A DNA stretch of 64,000 nt, taken from the NCBI GenBank assembly GCA_045531685.1, contig JAZSEL010000119.1:33436-97435 (forward strand), in the 5' to 3' direction. Both the position numbers and the translations under genes were made by a program. Of this stretch, positions 20,925 to 30,443 are shown piece after piece. The number at the start of each line of letters is the position of its first letter. Positions within the stretch are counted from its first letter, which is position 1. This DNA is from Lachnospiraceae bacterium (GTDB lineage Bacteria; Bacillota; Clostridia; Lachnospirales; Lachnospiraceae). The notes under the pieces were generated by a model. That model was not told the DNA's origin, searched no databases, and was given only the letters and a program-made list of their open reading frames with translations.

Positions 20925-21030
20925 TCCTTCTTAAATTCCTACACTTTATCATATAATCAATTTGCTTTTTTAGCAATCTTTTTTTCAAAGAATCTCAAGG
21001 TTTTTTCAAATTCTCTCCCCGACCAAACCA

Positions 21031-21843
21031 TTACTCTTCCAATTCAAATGTAACATTGGAAGAATCGGAAGAATAATTCTCCATCCGCAGAGTACCCTTT
21101 TTCTCTTCTATGCTCGGTAATATCATCTTCAACTTCATAATCTTCTCATCAATATATTCCGTGCTGCCCAACTTTATCTTTGCCTGTCCAAAGTATAAGG
21201 TAATCTGATAATCCTTATCAAAAAATATCTGTTCTGCACTGATGCCATACTTTTCAAGAAGCTGGGAAATATCCAGAATATGATTAAAAATGGTATCGTC
21301 ATCCACCGGAAGCTTTTCCAGCAATACAATATGGTCAAATTGAAGTCCTTTAATCTGTGGTACGCCCATCGTCTTTACGGTAGAAGACTCCACTACGGTT
21401 CCGTCCTTATCAAAGTAAAAATACTGTCCCATGTATTCCACAAAACCGGCCATAGTTTTTTCATACACCGTTATCTTTACCGAATCAGCAGAAACAATCG
21501 TAACATCCATGGTTTCCACAAAAGGAACATCCTTTATCTGTTTATCATGATATTTCATGCTCAGATAAATAGAATTATGCCCCAGTCTGTCTCCCATTAC
21601 CATTTCCTGGATTTCTTCGTCGGTGTAATGGACATTTCCTTCCACCACTACTGTCTTAACCGTAAAATAGTCACTGACAAGAAACCCTATTCCGAGCAAT
21701 GCTGCCAAAATAAATACAGCAATGCCCAGCCTTTTCAAATAGTATCTATTGCGTTCCAAGAACGATTCTGCAAAAGGTATTCTCTCTCTTCCAAAATCAA
21801 TATTCTTTTTTTTCTTTCTCTTGTTTTTTATCTTCTTACTCAA
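21031..21843 (-). CDS. ftsQ: Cell division protein FtsQ/DivIB (POTRA domain)
   Basis: 270 aa. A basic N-terminus and a single TM are followed by a POTRA-like VVVEGNVHYTDEEI. It is in the conserved position upstream of ftsZ. Confidence 0.85.
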   Translation of the reverse strand: MSKKIKNKRKKKKNIDFGRERIPFAESFLERNRYYLKRLGIAVFILAALLGIGFLVSDYFTVKTVVVEGNVHYTDEEIQEMVMGDRLGHNSIYLSMKYHDKQIKDVPFVETMDVTIVSADSVKITVYEKTMAGFVEYMGQYFYFDKDGTVVESSTVKTMGVPQIKGLQFDHIVLLEKLPVDDDTIFNHILDISQLLEKYGISAEQIFFDKDYQITLYFGQAKIKLGSTEYIDEKIMKLKMILPSIEEKKGTLRMENYSSDSSNVTFELEE

Positions 21844-21851
21844 ATTCTCTC

Positions 21852-23126
21852 CTAACCAATACCCTCTGCGAATGCTCCCAACAATCCAAAATCCCGGCAG
21901 ATATTCTCATATCCCCGTTCTATGTAACAGCAGTTGTTGACAAAGGTATCACCGTCCGCCATGAGACCGGCAATAACCAGAGCCGCTCCGCCTCTTAAGT
22001 CTTCTGCCCTTACCTGTTTTCCTATCAGTTTCTCTGTTCCATATATCTCTGCACGGTTGTGACCAATGGTAATTGCCGCACCCATCCGTACCAATTCCGT
22101 TGCCATATGGAACCGGTCCGAAAAGATTTTTTCTTCCAATACACTCTCCCCATCACTCACAGACAGTACCGTTAACAGTACCGACTGCAAATCCGTCGGG
22201 AATCCCGGATAAACCGATGTCTCCGTATAGGAAAGAGCCTTGGGTCTTCCTGTCTGTATCACAGCGACCCCTTCCTCCCTATAGTGCAGTTCACACCCCA
22301 ATTGTCTTGCCGTATGAAGTACAGCACCCATTTCCCAAACCGGGGCATTTCTAATCCATACTTCTCCGCCAATTCCTGCCGTAGCCAAAAGATAAGTTCC
22401 TGCCACAATTCTGTCTGCTTCTATAACAAATGTGAGGGGATGCAGCCGTTCTACTCCATCAATAACCAGACAGCTTTCTCCCACTCCGTGAATACACGCT
22501 CCCGCTGTAATTAAAAACCGGCAGAGCTGCTGTATCTCCGGTTCTCTGGCGCAATTCTCAATGACCGTCCTCCCTTTTGCAAGGACTGCCGCCATTATCA
22601 CATTTTCTGTGGCACCCACACTCGGGAAACGCAAAACCACATGGTTGCCCACCAATTGGGACACACAGCCTTTTATTCCATCCCTTTCTGAGTAAAAAGA
22701 GGCTCCCAGTTTTTCCAATGCCTGAAGATGAATATCAATGGGCCGTTCTCCTATGACACAACCTCCCGGATAGCCCATGACTGCCTCTTTGCAAACTGCC
22801 AGCAACGGACCCAGAAGCATCACGGACGAACGCATACTGCTTACCGGTTCTTGAGGGAGTCTGCTCTCACAAAGCGCAGTCGTGTCAATGCACAGTCCGC
22901 TCTCATTCCAATCAACCTTTCCTCCCATGCTCTTTAGCAATTGAAGCATACAGTCCACATCGGAAATCTTCGGACAATTTTTTAATATCGTTACTCCATT
23001 TATTAATATGGTTGCCGCCAATATGGGTAATACTGCATTTTTTGAACCTTGAACCGTAATCTCTCCTCTAAGTGCGTCACATCTCTTTACATGAATAGCC
23101 TTCACAATTCGCCTTCCCAAAACCAT
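21852..23126 (-). CDS. murA: UDP-N-acetylglucosamine 1-carboxyvinyltransferase
   Basis: 424 aa with GEITVQGSKNAVLPILAATIL, and GCVIGERPID containing the active-site Cys. Confidence 0.93.
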   Translation of the reverse strand: MVLGRRIVKAIHVKRCDALRGEITVQGSKNAVLPILAATILINGVTILKNCPKISDVDCMLQLLKSMGGKVDWNESGLCIDTTALCESRLPQEPVSSMRSSVMLLGPLLAVCKEAVMGYPGGCVIGERPIDIHLQALEKLGASFYSERDGIKGCVSQLVGNHVVLRFPSVGATENVIMAAVLAKGRTVIENCAREPEIQQLCRFLITAGACIHGVGESCLVIDGVERLHPLTFVIEADRIVAGTYLLATAGIGGEVWIRNAPVWEMGAVLHTARQLGCELHYREEGVAVIQTGRPKALSYTETSVYPGFPTDLQSVLLTVLSVSDGESVLEEKIFSDRFHMATELVRMGAAITIGHNRAEIYGTEKLIGKQVRAEDLRGGAALVIAGLMADGDTFVNNCCYIERGYENICRDFGLLGAFAEGIG

Positions 23127-23179
23127 ACTTCTTATCCTTAGTATATTCCGGAAAACCGAATGGGTATCTTGTACCTGCC

Positions 23180-24334
23180 CTATTCGCTAAGACGGATTCC
23201 TCTTGCCACGCTAAGCACCAATCCAATCTCAATCAGCAAAAACATAAGTGACGAACCACCGTAACTGATAAACGGCAGGGAAATTCCCGTATTAGGAATG
23301 GTATTGGTAACAACGGCTATATTCAAAATAACCTGAATCGCAATATGTCCGAGTACACCTACTACCAGCAATGCTCCGAATAAATCCGATGCATTATTGG
23401 CAATAATCATGAATCTCCAAATCAACAATAAAAACATAAGTATAATGGCAATTCCGCCAAAAAGTCCTAATTCCTCACAGATAATTGAGAAAATCATATC
23501 GTTCTGTGTTTCCGGCAAAAAGCCCAGCTTCTGCATACTCTGTCCTAAGCCCTTACCAAAAATACCACCGGAACCAATGGCGTATAATGCCTGTAACGTC
23601 TGGAAGCCCTTTCCCGATGCGTAGGCTTCCGGGTCAAGCCATGCTAAAATTCTGGCACCCCGGACACCAAGCTGTGAAGCATCCAATTGGGACAGTCCAA
23701 AAACTCCTGCTGCTATCGCCGCAACACCAACTAATCCTATTATTACAAACGGCTTGTAATCCGGACTGGCTACAAAAAGCATAAGAAATGCAATTCCAAA
23801 AATGATAATGGCAGAACTCATATTTTCCGTAATAAACCAAACCAGGGCACATACCGGAAGGGGAATTCCCAACACTAAGAAAAATCCCTTTCTGGAACGG
23901 ATTCCTTTTCCCAGTTTGCAAATAAAACTAGCCAAAAATAAAATCATAGCCAATTTGGCAATTTCTGCCGGCTGGATGGAAATTCCCAAACGCAGCCAAC
24001 GTCTTGCACCGTTTGCCTCATATCCAAGAGGCGTCAGTACCAGCAAAATCAAGACAACGGAAACCACATAACCAAGCACTGCAAACTGCTCCCAGAAATG
24101 ATAAGGAATCCAGGATACCACCACCATTGCGGCGAGCCCTAAAATTGCTGACACAGCCTGCTTTTTTAAATAGTATGCCGCATCGTAATTCAGCTTTTCA
24201 GAAATCGATGCTTCGTAGGAACTGGCAGAATATACCATAATCAGTCCTAAGCCTATTAAAAACAGCACAATGAATACAAGACTATAGTCAAAATAATATT
24301 CGGATGACTTTCTTATTCCTCTCCGTTTATTCAT
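23180..24334 (-). CDS. ftsW: SEDS-family peptidoglycan polymerase FtsW/SpoVE
   Basis: 384 aa, polytopic. It has the QPAEIAKL and LPFISYGGSS motifs. Confidence 0.92.
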   Translation of the reverse strand: MNKRRGIRKSSEYYFDYSLVFIVLFLIGLGLIMVYSASSYEASISEKLNYDAAYYLKKQAVSAILGLAAMVVVSWIPYHFWEQFAVLGYVVSVVLILLVLTPLGYEANGARRWLRLGISIQPAEIAKLAMILFLASFICKLGKGIRSRKGFFLVLGIPLPVCALVWFITENMSSAIIIFGIAFLMLFVASPDYKPFVIIGLVGVAAIAAGVFGLSQLDASQLGVRGARILAWLDPEAYASGKGFQTLQALYAIGSGGIFGKGLGQSMQKLGFLPETQNDMIFSIICEELGLFGGIAIILMFLLLIWRFMIIANNASDLFGALLVVGVLGHIAIQVILNIAVVTNTIPNTGISLPFISYGGSSLMFLLIEIGLVLSVARGIRLSE

Positions 24335-24346
24335 AAATCAACCTTT

Positions 24347-25723
24347 CTATTCCTCTTTTATCCCATGCACGATTTCTTTGAACCGTTGTCCTCTGACCTC
24401 ATAATTAGGAAACATTCCCCAGCTTGCACAAGCCGGCGAAAGAAGTACCGCATCTCCCGGTGCACTTTCCTTTATGCAAATATCCATTGCCTCTTCAAAG
24501 GTATCTGCCATGGCAATATCCGTAAAACCATGCTTATTTGCGCATTCTGCTATCTTTTCCCTTGTCTGGCCAATCAAAACCAAAAGCTTTACTTTGCCGT
24601 CAAAACTCTCAATCCATTCGTCGTATGTACTATCCTTATCGTATCCGCCACCCAATAAAACGGTAGGACGGTTCATTGCCTTAATTCCTTTAATTGCCGC
24701 ATCCGGATTCGTACCCTTGGAATCATTATAATAATCCACGCCGTTCTTTGTTGCCACGTATTCAATTCTATGCTCTACCGCCTTGAATTTTTTTACTGCA
24801 CCTAAAATGACATCCATCGGCACCCCATATGCGTTACACATAGCAACAGCTGCCATAATATTCTCCGCGTTATGGTCTCCTAACAGATTGGTATCCTGCA
24901 TTCTGAGCAGTTGCTTTTCCTCTCCGTCATGGGCATGGTAAATGCCATCCTCTTCTAAATAAAATCCCTCTTCCAATTTGTGCTTTGAAGAAAACCAAAC
25001 AACATTTGCGCGGCAACGCGTTCCAAAGTCCCTTGTATATTCATCTTCATAATTTAAAATACAGTAATCATCCGCAGTCTGATTTTTAGAAACAGACTCC
25101 TTGGCTGCCACATAATTTTCCATGGTATGATGGCGGGTTAAATGATCCGGTGTAATATTTAAAATTGCTGTCACATGAGGATGGAAATCATAAACGGTTT
25201 CTAATTGGAAACTGCTGATTTCCGCAACCGTAACCGATTCGTCCACGGTATGTAAAGCCTCTTTTGTGTAGGCATTACCAATATTCCCTACTACAAAAAC
25301 GCTGTCATAGTGCGCCTGCATAATCTCTCCCACAAGGGCAGTTGTAGTCGTCTTCCCGTTAGTTCCCGTAATGGCAACCAGTCCTCCTTTGGCAAACTGA
25401 TATGCCAATTCAATTTCACCCCAGATTGGAAGTCCTTCCTTCTTAAATCCTTCCACAAAATCTGCATCCACAGGAATTCCCGGACTCAATACTACCAATT
25501 CCAATTGGCTGAAAATTTCTTCCGGTACCCTTCCTATTGCAATTAACACTTCACACTCCTCTGTAAAATGTGAGCGTACCTCTTCCTCTTTCAGATTCTC
25601 ATTTGTATCAAACAATACCGGCTTTGCGCCAACTTTATGTAAGAGCTGTGCCGCTGCGATTCCGCTGACTCCGCAGCCTGCCACTAATATGTATTTTCCC
25701 TGTAAATCCATTGTATCATTCAT
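24347..25723 (-). CDS. murD: UDP-N-acetylmuramoylalanine--D-glutamate ligase
   Basis: 458 aa with GCGVSG and GTNGKTTTT motifs. Confidence 0.95.
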   Translation of the reverse strand: MNDTMDLQGKYILVAGCGVSGIAAAQLLHKVGAKPVLFDTNENLKEEEVRSHFTEECEVLIAIGRVPEEIFSQLELVVLSPGIPVDADFVEGFKKEGLPIWGEIELAYQFAKGGLVAITGTNGKTTTTALVGEIMQAHYDSVFVVGNIGNAYTKEALHTVDESVTVAEISSFQLETVYDFHPHVTAILNITPDHLTRHHTMENYVAAKESVSKNQTADDYCILNYEDEYTRDFGTRCRANVVWFSSKHKLEEGFYLEEDGIYHAHDGEEKQLLRMQDTNLLGDHNAENIMAAVAMCNAYGVPMDVILGAVKKFKAVEHRIEYVATKNGVDYYNDSKGTNPDAAIKGIKAMNRPTVLLGGGYDKDSTYDEWIESFDGKVKLLVLIGQTREKIAECANKHGFTDIAMADTFEEAMDICIKESAPGDAVLLSPACASWGMFPNYEVRGQRFKEIVHGIKEE

Positions 25724-25768
25724 TCCTTTCTCTTGGGATTCCTATACCTGCGCATACTCCACCCATTC

Positions 25769-26421
25769 TTAAGAATTATAATCCATTTCTTCTAAATAGG
25801 GAAGAATGTTTTCAAATAACTGCCGAATAATCGGTGCCGCTACAGCACCTCCGTAATAATTTCCTTTCGGATGATTTACAATTGCTACCGCTACTACCTG
25901 TGGATTGTCTGCCGGTGCAAAGCCCAGAAAAGATGCAATATACTTTCCCTGTCCTCTCGGCAAAGTCTCACTGGTGGCCGTTTTTCCGCCCACACGGAAG
26001 CCTTCCACTGCCCCGTTCTTTCCGGTTCCGTCCGCTACCACTTCTTCCAGAATTTCCCGCAGAGTCTCACTGGTCTCTTCTGATATAACCTGCGTATCGT
26101 TGTCATAGGTAAAAACACGTTTGGTATTACCCTCATCATCCACCGTCTTGACTGCCAAATGCGGGGTTACCTTTCTGCCCCCATTGATTAATGCAGAAAC
26201 ACTGGTTGCAAGCTGGACGGGCGTAATCTGGAAGGACTGCCCAAAGGACATGGTAGCCAATTCCACAAGTCCGATATTTTCTTTTTGATGCATAATAGTG
26301 CCGGCCTCTCCCGGCAAATCAATTCCCGTTGTCTGCAAAAGACCGAACTTATCAAAGTACTCATAAAACCTGTCAGCACCAAGGCGCAATCCGGTTGTCA
26401 CAAAAACAGGGTTACAGGAAT
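25769..26421 (-). CDS. spoVD: 3' segment of a split class-B PBP gene (spoVD position). It encodes the transpeptidase C-terminal part from the N of the SxN motif onward.
   Basis: Reading from the junction repeat gives (S-C-)NPVFVTTGLRLG...GGKTATSE...AAPIIRQLFENILPYL. The 13 codons upstream of the repeat (to 26458) are element-derived. Confidence 0.85.
26412..26421. repeat. Left copy of the 10-bp direct repeat TTACAGGAAT bounding the insertion (candidate att core)
   Basis: An identical 10-mer lies at 34342-34351. Both copies lie exactly where PBP homology breaks. Confidence 0.85.
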
Positions 26422-26489
26422 GGGCAATTTGTTGCCCCCTGCACAACTCTGAAAACAAAAATAATAGGATTCCATATACAGAACCCTAT

Positions 26490-28259
26490 TTATTCTGCCA
26501 TCCTATTCTCTGTTACAAACCATTTCCCCCTGTGATTTCCATATCTCTCATACCGTAACTTCCCTGCTTCTTTCAGCCTTTTGACAGATGTATTCACATA
26601 GGACTCTGACTTATCCGTTATTCCGTATATATCCTTAAGCGCTCCCTCCGGATGCTTTTGAAAATACGTTAGAATCCGTTCATTCATTTCTTCCCGTTCT
26701 CTTTCCACCTTACCTTTATGCTCATACCTAAGTATTCTCTTTGTGGAATCATCAAATTCTATTTCTAATACCGCGTTCGGAAATACCACTATTTTCGTAA
26801 TCCGTGTAACCACCACCTGCGTCCATGCTCTTTGAATAATCGTTTCCTTCAATACTTTTCTGATTTTATCCAGACGCTCCTCATGGTCATTATATTCCGT
26901 CATTTTCATTTTTATGCTTGAAATATGTCCTTGCACGGATTCTGCACGCTCTGTTATTTCGTCATTATATTTTATAAAATCACTATCCTTAATAATCTCG
27001 TCCATTAATTTCTCAAAAAGTAATTTCTTCTTTTTTTCCAGTTTCTCCAGTTCTCTTGTATATTTTTCTAATTCCTTTTCCTTATTGCTATTTCTAAATA
27101 CCTGCTGTAAAAAGCAAACTGTTTCCTCAATAATGCCATCCTCATCCAAAAGAGGTTTCCCGTACCCTCCTCGGCACATCTCTCCCAGCTGCCCCAATAC
27201 ACTTCTTTCTACTAAGTGAATATTATTACAGCCGCAATTGTTCTCATCTGTTTTTTTACCGTACTTCAGTGCCGTGGAACATTTCCAAATACCCGTACTG
27301 TTTTTCCCATGCCCACATTTAGAGCGGTAAAATACTGCCCCGCACTCACTGCACAAAAGCTTACCCGACAGTTCATGCAGACCAATCCCCGGCATATGCC
27401 CGGTATCATCCCCAAACCGCTTCTCTACCGCCCTGCCCTTAAGTACTTTCATAACTTCATCATGATATTCTTTACTGACAATGGGGGGCAACGCATTCTC
27501 AACATATATCCACCCGCTTTCCGGAACCTGAATATATTTCTTAGTATCAAAATCATACTCCCTCGTGTGCAGCACTACGGTTCCGTATGCCCTTTTGGAA
27601 AATAACATATTCCTCCACTGGGTCTCCGAAATCCGCTTTCCCGTTTTTCCCCGCACCCCATTTTTATACATCTCATTTGCCAGCCGGTAAAATCCCATGC
27701 CTCCCTTTATCAGTTCAAAAGCCAACCGGTAGCTCTCTGCTTCTTCTTCATTTATCTCAAAAATATTGTTATCTGTTTTGTTCCATCCAAACATAGGTCT
27801 GGTAATATTTATCCCGGACTTCCTAATCTGTCTCCTCCTGTGGGCATTCTTGATTTTTTTGGAAAGCTCTCTGCTGAAATCCTCCGCCAATATCGCTTTA
27901 ATACCGTTAATCAAACTGTCATCGGTTGAATAAAACTTATTATCAATGTATATGTACAATTGTTTCCCATACTTGGTAAGCTTTGAAACAAAAAAATACC
28001 AATCCATAGCGGAACGCATAAGTCTGTCGATGGATTTAATTACAACGATATCGAACTTATCTCTTTCCATATCCTCCAGCAACCGTTGATATTCCATCCT
28101 TTTTTGGGTCGATGTGCCCGACTCGGATTCTACGTACTGGTCAACCAACTGCCATCCTTTTGCATATACTATCTCTCTACTCTCCGTTACCTGAATCTCC
28201 AATGCATTGATTTGTGCCTCTTCCTCCGTAGAACATCTGTTATAAACCACCGCTCTCAT
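26490..28259 (-). CDS. Large serine recombinase (resolvase N-domain, recombinase domain, zinc ribbon, coiled coil, C-terminal extension)
   Basis: MRAVVYNRCSTEEEAQ (catalytic Ser), IVVIKSIDRLMRS, and the zinc ribbon CSECG...CGCNN. Length is about 589 aa from the ATG at 28259. Confidence 0.9.
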   Translation of the reverse strand: MRAVVYNRCSTEEEAQINALEIQVTESREIVYAKGWQLVDQYVESESGTSTQKRMEYQRLLEDMERDKFDIVVIKSIDRLMRSAMDWYFFVSKLTKYGKQLYIYIDNKFYSTDDSLINGIKAILAEDFSRELSKKIKNAHRRRQIRKSGINITRPMFGWNKTDNNIFEINEEEAESYRLAFELIKGGMGFYRLANEMYKNGVRGKTGKRISETQWRNMLFSKRAYGTVVLHTREYDFDTKKYIQVPESGWIYVENALPPIVSKEYHDEVMKVLKGRAVEKRFGDDTGHMPGIGLHELSGKLLCSECGAVFYRSKCGHGKNSTGIWKCSTALKYGKKTDENNCGCNNIHLVERSVLGQLGEMCRGGYGKPLLDEDGIIEETVCFLQQVFRNSNKEKELEKYTRELEKLEKKKKLLFEKLMDEIIKDSDFIKYNDEITERAESVQGHISSIKMKMTEYNDHEERLDKIRKVLKETIIQRAWTQVVVTRITKIVVFPNAVLEIEFDDSTKRILRYEHKGKVEREREEMNERILTYFQKHPEGALKDIYGITDKSESYVNTSVKRLKEAGKLRYERYGNHRGKWFVTENRMAE

Positions 28260-28526
28260 TCTCTTTCCCCCGGATACCAAAATGAGTCCCTAATGCTCTT
28301 GCATCAGGAACTCATATCATTGGTTATTTTGGCTGTTATTTACAATCATTTTCATTCGGTTTTTCTCATCATTACTGATAAAACCTTTTTCATTTAACAA
28401 CTCGGAGATTGTAATAAGTAACTGCTTTCTTACTCTTTCTGCATCCATACTGTCGCATACTTTTCGCAAGGAACTTATCCCCCATAAACATAGTTATCTA
28501 TGTCTATGCCTGTTTCTTTTTTTCTA

Positions 28527-28778
28527 TTACATATTTCCCAGCTCTTTTAATCCATTCATCAAATCCAAATCGGACTGCAACACCTTCATATTGGCTGTGA
28601 TTTTTTCCTGTCCCGGTTTCCGGACCGAGATCTCAATAATGGTGCCTTCCTCTATTCCCCCTTTAAAGACCGTAGACAAAAATGCTACAAATTTCGGATG
28701 GTTCCTGGTGAATGTATTTTTGGCACTCATTAACTTCATTAACATTGCAGGGTTCATCATTTCGCTTTTTCCTTTCAA
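28527..28778 (-). CDS. Hypothetical 83-aa protein inside the element
   Basis: The ORF lies between the DUF1667 gene and the recombinase gene on the same strand. No family recognised. Confidence 0.5.
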   Translation of the reverse strand: MKGKSEMMNPAMLMKLMSAKNTFTRNHPKFVAFLSTVFKGGIEEGTIIEISVRKPGQEKITANMKVLQSDLDLMNGLKELGNM

Positions 28779-28797
28779 ACAAATATCTGATACCCGA

Positions 28798-29163
28798 TTA
28801 TACTACTTCCACATTCTTTGTTGCAACCACGTCCACACCGGTTCCTGCAACATTCGCAAGTATCACATCTCCAATATGTACCGGTGCCTTTACACACACC
28901 TCTTTTAATGCCGTCACACATTCAAAGATTTTTCCTTTTGGGATATCCTCCTCTGTCTTTACGGAAACGGCTGCTAATGTTCCGCCTTCTACCTTCACGG
29001 AACTGGTCACAATACGTGTTGGGCTAAGTACCTCTTTTCTGGCATACACATCACCACGCTTGCAGGTATTGCCTGTTACGCTCTTTACCTCATCGTCCTC
29101 TATTTCAACACTGAGCATGCATCCCATCGGGCAGCCGATACAAATCAATTCTCTCTTTTCCAT
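28798..29163 (-). CDS. DUF1667-domain protein (third component of the Firmicute G3P-dehydrogenase-like cluster)
   Basis: 121 aa. The CIGCPMGC...TGNTCKRG motif is typical of DUF1667. Confidence 0.85.
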   Translation of the reverse strand: MEKRELICIGCPMGCMLSVEIEDDEVKSVTGNTCKRGDVYARKEVLSPTRIVTSSVKVEGGTLAAVSVKTEEDIPKGKIFECVTALKEVCVKAPVHIGDVILANVAGTGVDVVATKNVEVV

Positions 29164-29166
29164 ATC

Positions 29167-30429
29167 CTATTCCTCCTCGATTTTTATCGTAATCTGCTGT
29201 AATCCGGAATATGCTTCCAACTGTTCCTTTTTAAGCTCTACCTGCTCCATTTCGCCCGGAGCCATAACCGGACGTTTTCTGTGAAGAATCTGCTCATCAT
29301 TTAAGTATACGGACACATAGCAATTCTTATAAACATCTCCCACACGGAAACGTACTACATGCTTTTCATCCATTCTCTGAGGATTGATTGTCTTTGGTAC
29401 TGTGTAACGTACTCCGCTTGTAGCTACTATCGGAATCTCTGCGCCACCTTCTTTTTTGCCATACAAAACATATTCTGCCGCGCTCTTACCTGCTGCCTCT
29501 GCTTCCTTAGAAACAAAGTCAACTAAATCATGTACATGCAATACATTACCACAGGCAAATACACCCTCTATATTGGTCTCTAAGGATTCGTTTACCATTG
29601 GTCCTGAAGTAACCGGATTCATTTCTACTCCCAATTCTGCGGACAATTCATTTTCCGGAATCAGACCACAGGATAAAAGAAGGGTATCACAGGAATAAAA
29701 CTCTTCTGTTCCCGGAATCGGCTTTCTGTTTTCATCTACCTTTGCCAAAGTAATTCCTTCTACTCTTTCCTTTCCCTTAATGTCAACAACCGTATGACTT
29801 AATTTTAGAGGAATATCAAAATCATCCAGACACTGGACAATGTTACGTTTCAATCCTCCCGAATAAGGAAGCAGCTCTGCTACCACTTTTACCTTGGCAC
29901 CTTCCAAAGTCATTCGTCTTGCCATAATCAGTCCGATGTCACCGGAACCTAAAATTACCACTTCTCTACCCGGTAAGTATCCTTCCATATTAACCAGACG
30001 CTGTGCGGTTCCTGCCGAAAACACTCCCGCCGGACGATATCCCGGAATATTCAAGGCTCCTCTGGAACGTTCCCTGCATCCCATAGCAAGAATTACCGCC
30101 TTTGCCTGAATCTCTAAAATACCGTCTTCCCGATTCATGGCAGTCACTACTTTATCCTTTGAAATGGAAAGAACCATGGTATTTAATTTATAGGCAATCT
30201 CTTCTGCCAATAATTTATCAATAAATCTCTGGGCATATTCCGGTCCCGTTAACTCTTCTTTAAAGGTATGCAGACCAAAACCATTATGAATACACTGGTT
30301 TAAAATACCGCCCAGTTCTTTATCTCTTTCAATGACCAATATGCTTTCCGCACCATTTCTCTTGGCAGATACGGCTGCCGCAAGCCCTGCCGGACCGCCT
30401 CCTATGATTACAATATCGTAATGCAACAT
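29167..30429 (-). CDS. NAD(P)/FAD-dependent (pyridine nucleotide-disulfide type) oxidoreductase
   Basis: YDIVIIGGGPAGLAAA and a second Rossmann motif VVILGSGDIGL. The start is at the ATG with a GGAGG RBS. The longer ORF reaches 30444. Confidence 0.88.
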   Translation of the reverse strand: MLHYDIVIIGGGPAGLAAAVSAKRNGAESILVIERDKELGGILNQCIHNGFGLHTFKEELTGPEYAQRFIDKLLAEEIAYKLNTMVLSISKDKVVTAMNREDGILEIQAKAVILAMGCRERSRGALNIPGYRPAGVFSAGTAQRLVNMEGYLPGREVVILGSGDIGLIMARRMTLEGAKVKVVAELLPYSGGLKRNIVQCLDDFDIPLKLSHTVVDIKGKERVEGITLAKVDENRKPIPGTEEFYSCDTLLLSCGLIPENELSAELGVEMNPVTSGPMVNESLETNIEGVFACGNVLHVHDLVDFVSKEAEAAGKSAAEYVLYGKKEGGAEIPIVATSGVRYTVPKTINPQRMDEKHVVRFRVGDVYKNCYVSVYLNDEQILHRKRPVMAPGEMEQVELKKEQLEAYSGLQQITIKIEEE

Positions 30430-30443
30430 ATCCATTCCTCCCA

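Noticed and set aside
28281-28448. Small ORF upstream of the recombinase (MDAERVRKQLLITISELLNEKGFYQ) as a possible RDF
   Set aside because: Careful translation gives only 25 codons before a stop. That is too short and lacks a convincing RBS, so it is not called.
28260-28526. Sigma-E / sigma-K type mother-cell promoter upstream of the recombinase gene
   Set aside because: I looked for CATACA-T and CATA---TA -10 elements with suitable -35 elements. Only loose matches turned up (for example CATAGACATAGATAA), which are not sufficient to call.
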